Positions 39,915 to 49,933 of a DNA stretch of 64,000 nucleotides are shown piece after piece (the first letter of the stretch is position 1; each line of letters starts with the position of its first letter). The stretch comes from Pavona decussata (taxonomy: Eukaryota), in the NCBI GenBank assembly GCA_977016875.1, contig CDRNST010000011.1, forward strand, positions 806,001-870,000, given 5' to 3'. Under the pieces are notes generated by a model that did no database searches, was not told where the DNA came from, and worked only from the letters and a program-made list of their open reading frames with translations. Both the position numbers and the translations under genes were made by a program.

Positions 39915-41525
39915 ATGAGTAGCAGTACACTGATAGAGGTGTTTGGTCACGTCGTGTTCAGTTTTACAAGAGGCGTGACAGAGCACTACAACCCAGAAGA
40001 ACCTGAATTCACTGCAGAGTCTTTTGGATACAATCCACTGAATAGCACAGGCCGAGAATGGTATTACCGTCCTGCTGATGAACTTATTTACCAAGAATAC
40101 AGCGACAGAGAGGCCACATGTTTGGACTATCTAACTTCTAGGCATCTTCATGTAAGGGTTATTGATGCGTGCACACTCGAGGAAAACGAAGAAACCCCGG
40201 ATGATCAGAAAGATGAAGATAGAGCCATGGCGTGGAAGCGATTTAGACCGTCCGCTATCCGAACAGTGTGTAAATCGTTGTACATGGGAGCTCTGATTTC
40301 ACTTCTAACCGCTTGCTTTGTTGGTACAGTATACATAGTGACTTCTTTCCTCTGTTACAAAATTGAGCATAACTGTGAATTTCAACCAAAAGAGTTAATT
40401 CCGTTACAAGTGCAATGGCTGAGAACAATTTCAAGTGTCATTTCCTGTGCCTTTCTTTACATTTGGTACTTTGCAAATATTTTATTTCTTTTTCGCCCAT
40501 TCCAGTTAACTGGGGTGAGAGGACGACTTCTTTTGCTGTGTTTCCTGACATACTGTTTGGACACTCTTTATCGTGTTTCTTTACAACTCCTTGGAATATC
40601 TCACTCCAAGATTTCTAATAAGGATCCACTCAATGCCCTTTTTCTAATAAGTGTGTGTTTGCAAGTCTACATTATCACGAATCACTTCTGCCCTCGGTCA
40701 ACAAAACAGAAGTTGACGCTGTTCTTCCAAATGATCGTACCAGGCTGTTTACCTCTCATTGTCGGTAGCTTAATAGCCGGAAATCTTTATCCTGTTTACA
40801 GCGAAGAAAATAAAGAAGGCAAACTACTAATCGCCATATTTTCTCCTCTCATTGCCGTCATCTTCAAAGCAATCACCCGAATTTGTGTTCAGCGGTTATA
40901 TAACATTACTCATCCAGCATATTCTTACGTTTTGTTGGCTCCACTGTATATCGGTTCAGCGGTTGTATTTAGGGTTTTACAAGCGGAACTTGACAGCTTA
41001 AGATCCATCGCTATTCTTGGAATAATTCACGGCGCTGCAGAAGTCGTAGAACGAAGCACAATGGTTTTGATTGATCACGCCTGTCACACTCTACGGAAAA
41101 GACGATCAGCTCCTTGGGGAAGTTTTCGTACTCCTCGCCGTGAGAGACTAATGGCTGATATCGCCATTATGAGCATGTTGTCTGAATCAACTGCAATTGT
41201 GGCTGTTAACGGTTACTTATACTTGTATCAACTTATTTACCTACAAAACAGTTCCCTTCAAACTTTAATACAGTCTTTTGCCGTCCATGTTTCAGTTCAG
41301 CTAGTCATTGAGTGGTTTTTCACAAGCCTTTCTCTAGGCATTGAGACTCACTTTCAGAATATGGCTGTCATGGCTGTTTGGCGAAGACAGTGGAAAAGAC
41401 ACATATTAGTTGCAGTTGTAAATGCAGTTCCATTAGCTATCTGGACTAGTAATACCCTGTTTGAAGTTGTCGGTGAACGCTTTCGTGAGTCCTTAAAGCA
41501 GACTTGCGAAATGCCCTTCACCTGA
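39915..41525 (+). CDS. Membrane-protein family copy 8 (536 aa, intact)
   Basis: Full ORF ending TCEMPFT*. Confidence 0.93.
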   Translation: MSSSTLIEVFGHVVFSFTRGVTEHYNPEEPEFTAESFGYNPLNSTGREWYYRPADELIYQEYSDREATCLDYLTSRHLHVRVIDACTLEENEETPDDQKDEDRAMAWKRFRPSAIRTVCKSLYMGALISLLTACFVGTVYIVTSFLCYKIEHNCEFQPKELIPLQVQWLRTISSVISCAFLYIWYFANILFLFRPFQLTGVRGRLLLLCFLTYCLDTLYRVSLQLLGISHSKISNKDPLNALFLISVCLQVYIITNHFCPRSTKQKLTLFFQMIVPGCLPLIVGSLIAGNLYPVYSEENKEGKLLIAIFSPLIAVIFKAITRICVQRLYNITHPAYSYVLLAPLYIGSAVVFRVLQAELDSLRSIAILGIIHGAAEVVERSTMVLIDHACHTLRKRRSAPWGSFRTPRRERLMADIAIMSMLSESTAIVAVNGYLYLYQLIYLQNSSLQTLIQSFAVHVSVQLVIEWFFTSLSLGIETHFQNMAVMAVWRRQWKRHILVAVVNAVPLAIWTSNTLFEVVGERFRESLKQTCEMPFT

Positions 41526-42756
41526 AAACGAAGATACTAAATTTATCCTAATTTAGTTCTAAGGCAATCTAAGGAGGTATAAGGAGTAATCTATAATAAG
41601 TGAATGACCATCGCAGTTATTTGCACAGCTTAAGTTGTTGCCAAGTGTAAACATGAAAAACAAAAATCAGGTTTGAGTTGGAGGATTGCTTGTGACGTCA
41701 TGGCGGCCAAGTTGGTGGATAGGAATAATAAGATTTTTCTCCTCAGCTTTGGGAGTTAACTTCCATTTTTATACGCAAACTACGTGACCAAATATTCTTT
41801 TGTTTTGTCCACCAACATGGCGGCAATGCAATCCACCTATATTCAATCCTGAATTTTTTTTCAGGGTTTCACTTCGCAACTACTTAATCTGCGTACATAA
41901 CACTATACAGAGATGATTATTTCTTCTTTTATCCGCAGTTCAAATATGTATTTCGTATATTCCACTTCCAAGGGTTATCTATGATTTCCGATTATACATG
42001 TAAATTGTCACATAACCAATAAACTCCATTCAACTCAAGCCCATACCTCTTTTATCATCTGATAATTTTGCTAATAGAAATGCTGATCTTCATATTCTCG
42101 GTTCATTTTGTTTAAAAGCTGTAAGAATTTAACTAAGAATATACCGTTTTTGTACGCTGATAGCAGTTCCTCTCTAAAGGTGGGGCGGGCAAATTGAAGC
42201 GACCGAGCAGTGCTCTTCTGGCTCACGTCACTCTTCTAGCTCTCCCGCTCTACTATCCATAAAGGGACAGCTTACAGTCTAACCATTTTGTCGTTGCCAA
42301 GAAGCCGAACAAAACAGACGATACAACGTCCTTGCAATAATGGCGCACCATTTTCAAATATCTCATTCACAAAAAGTTCCAGTTACTGGGAAAAAATGTA
42401 AAATGGTGTTCTTCTAATCTTTCAATCTTTGCAATTGGTAGTTTGCATGTGACTTCATCAAATTTGAAAAGCTAAGTGAAGCCGGTCTTTCAAGTATGTC
42501 ATTATATTTTAATAAACGATCGCAAATCTTCGCAAATGTTCTTTTTCATGCCTCAATTCTTTCCTCCATTAAATTTCTCTTCCTTGAAGGAAATGTTACT
42601 GCGTGCCACAAAACAAGTGAGCTTCCGGGAGATAAGGCCATGATTTTGTTTTTGTGTTTTATTGCTGTTCTTTTTTTTTTTTTGTTTGTTTGTTTTTTCA
42701 GCACTCCTAATCCACACGAAATCAACGAACGGGTTTCATTCGACTAATTTGTTCTT

Positions 42757-43063
42757 GAGAATGATGTATTAATCAGTAAATGACACAGGCATACTCGGAA
42801 AAAATCCGAGTGTCTGTTATCAGGAGTCTAACCTAAGATTTTCCGATTACTAGTTCAGATGCTCTACCACTGAGCTACAGGAGACTCATGGGAGCTAAGG
42901 CCATTAAACTAGGTTCATGGGACAAACATCCTGCATACTGTTAGGATTGGAATGTCAATGTGTGGAATATGCGCAATGGAAATTATGTGATGGATATGTT
43001 AAGCCTGGTGAATAAATGAGAATGATGTATTAATCAGTAAATGACACAGGCATACTCGGAAAA
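42757..43063 (-). mobile_element. tRNA-like element: one 261-bp monomer plus ~45-bp terminal redundancy
   Basis: gagaatgatgtattaatcagtaaatgacacaggcatactcggaaa at 42757 and 43018. The minus strand has A-box TAGCTCAGTGG and a degenerate B-box. Confidence 0.8.
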
Positions 43064-43154
43064 CTTGTTTTCTTCGTTACCATGCTCCCAACAACAGCGT
43101 AGCTCCTCTGCTCACTATATCAACCACATACAACCCACAATTCCTTGATTCGCT

Positions 43155-44785
43155 CTGTAGAGGCCCGCAAATGATCCCCGGACGGGAAATGATCCCCAGA
43201 TGATCCCCGATCGCCTCATCATAAATATAGAATGGAATGGACTCAAATTTGGACAGTGGATTTCAACTTTATACACAACAATTTTTTTTCTTAATAACAC
43301 TAGTCGTTATATTTAAACAATTTAAACTATCTTATATTATATTAAATATATTAAACTATCTGTATGCAAATTTCACAACTTTAAAAATTATAATGTAGCA
43401 GCTCAGTGCAAGAAAACAATTTAGTTTTAAACTGGAACATACATGCCTGTGTACATTATTTACGTACACCATTACAACGCCTAAAATGTACTCGAATTGT
43501 ACGAAATTTTTCATCAGTTTTCAAATAGGGCGAACAATACGAAACAAATTTTGACAGTGCAACTCAAAAGTGCTTAATTGGAACAGGCCAACTTACTCGA
43601 ATGGGAAAGCCTCTTCAGAGAGTACCACAATTCCGCACGCACTGATGTAGTGAGCTTTCTCCGAAGAAACCCAGCCACTCCCATCCCGAACGCATTCACT
43701 TTAGAGAATTCGTGAATCATAGTGGGTGGAAGACGCACCCTCGACGGATGTCCCCGGATTACTCGCGAGTGAGGTGATTATGTTGCCTTATCAGGTCTGG
43801 TGAACATTTTCGAAATTCCGGTTGCAGAAGGCTTATCTTTAATCTACCCAAGTAACCATAGACAAGAAGAAGCTGATTTCGACAGCATTCCTTTGGTGAG
43901 CCATGAAGCCCATCAAAGCAACTTCCATAGCCTTCAGCAAGTGGACACAAAAATAACAGATGTCAGTCGAAGAATTAAAATTGAAGTATGGAGAAGGGCG
44001 AATTACTGAAGATCAAATTTGCCTAAAATGCAGAAAAAATTGACAGCTATTCCCTAGGCGTCTATGAGGGGACAATGGTCTTCTTCAGATCCAAGCCGAC
44101 GACAGTATGTTTTGTAAAAAAAATATATATATATTAAAGAAAGACTGGGAGTCCAATCAGCGGCAAAACGAAAACGAAAGACAAAATCAACATATTACAC
44201 GATAACGTATTGGACGACCGAGGCTAAAAAGTTATGCTTAAGACTAAGATCCGATTAAGAACAAAGGCGACGATAATGGGCGAGATTTGACCGCCATCTG
44301 AGGCGCATTGACCGATTCTCCTTCCTTTTTCGAAAAACAAAAAACAAAACAAAAAAAAATCTAGCAAAAGTCCGACCCGCTCTTTAATTTTTTTTAATTT
44401 GGAAGAGTTTCGTACAATTCTTGCCCATTTTAGGCATTGTAATGGTACAAGTAAATCATATACATGCATGTTACAGTTTATAGGTAAATTGTTCTGTTGT
44501 ACTGTGCTGCTATATTATAATTTTTAAAGATGTGAAATTTGCATGCAGATAGTTTAAACATAACGACTAGTGTTATTAAGAAAAAAAATTGTTGTGTATA
44601 AAGTTGATATCCACTGTCCAAATCTGAGTCCATTCCATTCTATATTTATGATGAGGCGATTGGGGATCATTTGCGGTCCAATCTGGGGATCATTTCCCGT
44701 CCGGGGATCATTTGCGGTTTAATTTTGGGACCATTTCCGGTCCGGGGATCATTTGCGGGCCGGGATCGTTTGCGTGCCTGTACAG
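43155..44785. mobile_element. Non-autonomous DNA transposon, probably CMC/EnSpm-like
   Basis: ~350-bp imperfect TIRs (CTGTA...TACAG), subterminal aaatgatcccc repeats, 2-bp TSD CT. The superfamily is inferred. Confidence 0.8.
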
Positions 44786-44885
44786 CTCTGATGATGGACT
44801 AACGTTCGAAACGTCCGTTACAGAATCAGTTTACGGTGGCAAATTACCTTATCAACTCAGTTGATAAAACCACACGTTTCCACTC

Positions 44886-44918
<33 letters not shown>

Positions 44919-44932
44919 TGAACCTCCTTTAT
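44786..44932 (+). ncRNA. Penelope-type minimal hammerhead motif and element 3' end (5' arm displaced to ~43147-43154)
   Basis: CTGATGA-t-ggac-taac-gttc-GAAA-CGTC. Confidence 0.7.
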
Positions 44933-45753
44933 TGCCTTGTTTGCAAACCATTTTTAACTGAACAAAAATTTCGGCATAACTGTCACTGCATAACAGTATG
45001 CAGGACACATGTCACATACGAGCCTACCCTTTTCCCGTGACGTAACATACAACGAACGCTCAAGAAAGCTGAATCTACATCCCTTGTGCTATTGGCACGA
45101 GGACGTGGACAAAATGTTCTTTTTTTAAGCCGTTTAAAGGTTTAATTGATATATCCTTCTGTGGTACCAGCAATCCGTAACACAAGCAGATTTACTCGCT
45201 TAAGCGTAAATTCAAGCTTTCCACAGTCTACTGCTTGTAAATGTAAGACTGACAACCTTCCAGAAATCATCTTTTTGAAATAGATATAAAAGAGCTACAA
45301 GGACTTAGAACACTTTGGTTTATTAATTTAATATTAATTTTGACGAAATAGTCTGCTCTTCTCAATTATTTTCATGATGCTAGCGCTTAAACTATCAACA
45401 ATGATCCTGAAAATCCATGCTCGTTAAAAACCATTTGCCTACTGGTGGTAACATCATTCGCAGTCTAACTATTGCTTCCTGTTTTTGATTTAACGTACTT
45501 TCTGTATTTTACGCACTTTTTTAATGTGGCTAAATGTAATTTAGGCAAAGTTAAAATCGAGGCAAGTGCTGGTCAGCGGTGCCCGCATGGCTGGGAGATG
45601 CGGGGCCGCCACCCTACTTTTCAGGGGCGCCTGGGTTCTTACAGCTCACATGTTTGTGCCAATTCATTTCGCATCTGTTCGCTTGCCGGAGCTTGTGCTG
45701 TTTAAGTTTGTTGCTGTTTTTTCGTCCAGTTTTTCTCTTTTTACGTCTTCGTT

Positions 45754-46987
45754 ATGTCCCGAAACACCCACAATAGTTTACAGGCTCGGCTTTTCGCTGG
45801 CGACGCGTCATCTACGGCGGATGGTTCGTCGAGTATTCAATGTGAAAGTTCGCCTGCTGTTGAGACGTCTCGGCCTTCCACGCCTGCTAGTACGACTTTG
45901 GCGGCTTCAGCGGCGCCCACTTTATCGCCCGAGATGATTTCACTGATTACGCAAACGGTTCGAGCGGCCATGGCGGCCGAAAAAAATTCCTGCATCTGAA
46001 CAAGTGCAAGCGGTACCGAGTGCTGTACCGACCGCGAGTACTGGGGGCGTTCCTGCCTCAAATTCCTTAGATGCTTCGGCTGCGAGTTTCTTGGCATCGG
46101 GCGGTGCAATTCCTCTTGGACAGCCGTTACAAGGTAGGCCATCTTCTTGTGTTGTTGTCCCTTCGTTTGTGCAAACGTTCGCTGCGCCCGTCATGTCGCT
46201 TGCACCTTCGTTTACTCCGCCAAGCAATGTAATTCAACAGGCTCCGGCGCTCGCCACTCAACCCGCTTCGCTCCTGGATCAGTCGTTCGTGGTCGGGCCA
46301 GGTTTTTCTCCTGTTCCAGCGAAGCTCGTGGCTCAGATCGTGGGCGGCAAATACGTGGATTTAAGTGATCTCCTGGCCCCCAACCTGCAACAACGAGAGC
46401 CCGAACCGCAACTTATGTTTGATGGCCGACTCGTTTTGACGTCGCAACCAAAACGGCAGCGCCGTCGCATCGAGGACATTGCTAGCTGGATGGAAGCGTT
46501 TTCCATCTTTTCACTCGTACTATCTTCCAACTTTCCCCACCGTTGGAAAGATTTAACTCAATACCAGCTCCTCATTTTGCGCACACATCGCCATTTTAGC
46601 GGTAAGGTGTGGCTGAACTATGACCGAGCGTTCCGTGAACATGCGGCTGCGACAAAGTTGACCGATTGGTCTTGCATGAACGTGCAGCTGTTTAACTTCC
46701 ACGCAGCTGGCTCGTCGTCCCGCGGATCGTCATATGCCCAACCAGCTGAGGCTTCTGAGCCCTCCGGTTCCTCGTTTTCAAGTACGCTGTGCAAGTCATG
46801 GAACAGGGGGCGGTGCACGGCTCCAGTCAACCCCTGTCGCTACGCGCATCGCTGCAGTCTGTGCTCAGGTTCTCACCGGGCTATCACGTGCCATGATCGC
46901 GCCGAGAAAGCTGATCGAGGGGATGCCAAGCGTCGCGGCAGCTCGCCCACCCCTAGCCATGCTTCAAGCAAGGCCCGGCGTGATTAA
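45754..46987 (+). CDS. Ngaro gag-like ORF1 (one extra A in the run at 45980-45986)
   Basis: Removing one A joins ORF 45754 to ORF 46004. Motifs GKYVDLSDLL, WMEAF, WLNYDRAFR and the Cys/His finger CKSWNRGRC..CRYAHRCSLCSGSH....C. Confidence 0.85.
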
Positions 46988-47367
46988 TGTACTGTTGTAG
47001 CTTTGCAATTTTTTTTTCTTGCCCCAGTTTTTTCCGCGCCGCTCTGCTTTATTAATGTTGTTTCTCCAGTGGCAGGGGCCTTTTTGTATGCCACCATGGC
47101 AGTTCACTTCGATTTTAGGTTACTTGCTTCGTATTGCTTGATTTTTCACCATCTCGCTAGTTACATGTGTCTCCTACTTGTATTTCGATAGAGCCAACAT
47201 TCGCAACTGTGCTTTTGGCCTTTAGGGCCTTTGTTGGGCATCTGTACCTCATTGTATAGGGTGATTGCCAATAAAAGTTTTTTTATTTTTGGCTATTTTA
47301 TCTGTATATACCTATCTTTTTCTCGTTGGGGTTGCGTCTCCTAAGCATGTGCATTTTTTCCTTCTAG

Positions 47368-48986
47368 TGCCTTTGTGCTTCCCGCCTATCACGGTTATAA
47401 GTCCTTTGAATGTCTCAGAGTTTGCTCGGGAGTTGACAGCTCACCCCCAGCCACAGCAGGTGTCTTACGTCCTCAATGGCCTCCGGAACGGCTTTAGACT
47501 AGGGTTCCGGCCCCTTCGGAAGCTGTCCTCTGCCCGAAAGAACAAACTTTCAGCGTTCCAGCACCCAAAAATTATAGATGACTACTTGGCCAATGAGGTT
47601 GCCTTTCATAGGGTAGCGGGCCCCTTTTCACATCCCCCCTTCCCTAATTTGCATGTAAGCAGTTTTGGAGTTATCCCCAAGAAGGGCCAACCTGGGAAAT
47701 GGCGCTTAATTGTGGACCTATCGTCTCCGAGCGGCAGTAGTGTTAACGATGGCATTGACCCAGAGGAATTTGCTATGCATTACGTTAAAGTGGATCAAAT
47801 AATTCAAATGGTGGCTAAGTACGGCCCGGGAGCCATGATGGCGAAATTTGACGTTGAGGCCGCTTATCGCAACATTGCTATCCACCCAGCTGATCGTTAC
47901 CTACTAGGCCTGAAGTGGTGAGGGCAATATTACGTGGACTTAACCCTGCCTTTCGGCCTTCGCTCGGCTCCCTACATCTTTAGCGCAGTAGCGGACATGG
48001 TGGAATGGATCCTACTGAATTCACATGGCGTTTCAGATCTAATGCATTACCTGGATGACTTTATTACCGCCGGCCCCCCAGGGGCACAGCAGTGCGCCTT
48101 TAACTTACGTACGGCCTTATCCGTCTGTGGATCGCTTGGCTTACCGCTTCACCCAGGCAAATGCGTGGGTCCCGCCACTCGCATGGTGGTGTTGGGTATT
48201 GAGCTCGATTCAGAACAGCAGGCTGCTAGGCTACCAGCAGAGAAGCTGGAGGCCCTAAGAGAGCTGATTCATGCCTGGCGGTCCCGCAGATGGTGTACCA
48301 GGCGCCAGTTAGAGTCCCTCATAGGCCATCTACACCATGCCGCCAAAGTTGTTTGGCCAGGCCGCACCTTCTTGAGGCGCATGATTGACCTTCTTTGCTG
48401 CTTCCGCAAACGCGATCACCCAATTAGGCTAAACACGGAATTCCATCTAGATCTCCTTTGGTGGCACGAATTCCTTTCCGCTTGGCATGGAGTCAGCTTT
48501 TGGCTTTTCCCCGGGCTTTCAGCCGCTACGGACGTGGAAGTCACCTCAGACGCTGCTGGATCCCTCGGTTATGGGGCTTACCTTGGGAATGAGTGGTTCA
48601 GTGGCGCTTGGGGCCCATCCCAGGTCCCAGAGTCCATTGCGTACAAAGAGCTGTTTCCTGTGGTTGTCTCATCGTGCGTCTGGGGCCACCAATGGTTCAG
48701 GAAACACGTTCTGTTTCGGTCCGACAATGAGGCAGTGGTTTTCATCCTCCAGTCCAGGACCTCTAAGATCCCCGCGCTTATGCGGCTTTTGCGTAAGCTG
48801 CTTTCATCAGTGGCCCGTTTCAATTTTACCTTTACCTCGCAACACGTTCCCGGCATTCATAACCACATTGCTGACGCCCTTTCTCGCTTTCGTTGGCAGG
48901 AGTTCAGACGGTTAGCTCCACAGGCCTCGCTGTCTCCAGTTCCAATCCCGCAAAGCCTACTGGACGAATTGACCCTTCCAGCCTAG
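47368..48986 (+). CDS. Ngaro pol (RT + RNase H) with in-frame TGA at 47919-47921
   Basis: GKWRLIVDLS, KFDVEAAY, LPFGLRSAP, YLDD; RNase H SDA, KEL, SDN, NHIADALSR. Both ORF-track pieces are in the same frame. Confidence 0.92.
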
Positions 48987-49933
48987 AAGACCAGTGCCGT
49001 GAGTTCCTGATTAAGGGCCTGGCTTCATCTACCCGAAACTCCTACGCTTCAGGACAGAGAAAGTTTTACGACTTCTGCCATCAGTTGGGCAAGATTCACT
49101 CATCTGGCTCTCCCTGCCCAGCTGATGAGTGGACCCTGTGCTTGTTTGCCACGTTCCTGGCCAGGTCAGTACAGCACACCACCATTAAGGTTTACCTATC
49201 TGCAGTGCGGTCCTTGCACATCGAACAAGGCTTTCCAGATCCTCTCCTCAACTGTTTGCGACTCCAACGGGTTTTGCGGGGAATCAAGCGATCCCAAGGT
49301 GGCCCCTCCACTTCTCGGTTACCGATCACAGATCACATCATGCTGGTCATCTTTAAGTCGTTGGACCTGAGCATTCCAGACCACTGCATGTTTTGGGCCG
49401 CTTGCAATTTGGCCTATTTTGGCTTTCTCCGTTCTGCAGAGTTCACAGTTCCGAACCTTTCCAGTTTTTCCCTCGACACCCATCTGGGGGTGCCCGATAT
49501 CGCGTTTGACTCGGTGGTTGCTCCCACCTGCCTGAGGGTTAGGATAAAAGCGTCCAAGACCGACCCATTCCGAAAGGGGTGCTTTCTACACATTGGTCGA
49601 GGCTCCTATCCTTTGTGTGCCATCCGAGCATTGGTGGCGTACCTAGCTATCCGGGGAGGTGCACAGGACCCTCTATTTTTACTTTGCGATGGTCGTCCCT
49701 TGTCCCGGGTCCTTTTGACCGACTGGCTTCGCCGCATATTGTCATCCTCGGGAGTCCAAGGCAACTTTTCCAGCCACAGTTTCCGCATCGGCGCTGCCAC
49801 GGTCGCAGCACGAAATGGGGTCCCGGATCATCTCATTCAGGCTCTGGGCCGTTGGTCAAGCAATGCCTATCAATTGTACATCAGAACTCCAACAGAGTCG
49901 TTAGCTACGCTGTCTAAGCAGCTCGCAAGTTAA
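48893..49933 (+). CDS. Ngaro tyrosine recombinase
   Basis: Catalytic residues FLRSAE, KASKTD, HSFRIGAAT, GRWSS, YQLYIR. Overlaps the end of pol. Confidence 0.95.
   Translation: MAGVQTVSSTGLAVSSSNPAKPTGRIDPSSLEDQCREFLIKGLASSTRNSYASGQRKFYDFCHQLGKIHSSGSPCPADEWTLCLFATFLARSVQHTTIKVYLSAVRSLHIEQGFPDPLLNCLRLQRVLRGIKRSQGGPSTSRLPITDHIMLVIFKSLDLSIPDHCMFWAACNLAYFGFLRSAEFTVPNLSSFSLDTHLGVPDIAFDSVVAPTCLRVRIKASKTDPFRKGCFLHIGRGSYPLCAIRALVAYLAIRGGAQDPLFLLCDGRPLSRVLLTDWLRRILSSSGVQGNFSSHSFRIGAATVAARNGVPDHLIQALGRWSSNAYQLYIRTPTESLATLSKQLAS

Noticed and set aside
47919-47921. In-frame TGA in pol as selenocysteine or programmed readthrough
   Set aside because: The position corresponds to Arg in W-R-G-x-Y-Y, so CGA>TGA decay is simpler. 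No readthrough context or SECIS is evident.
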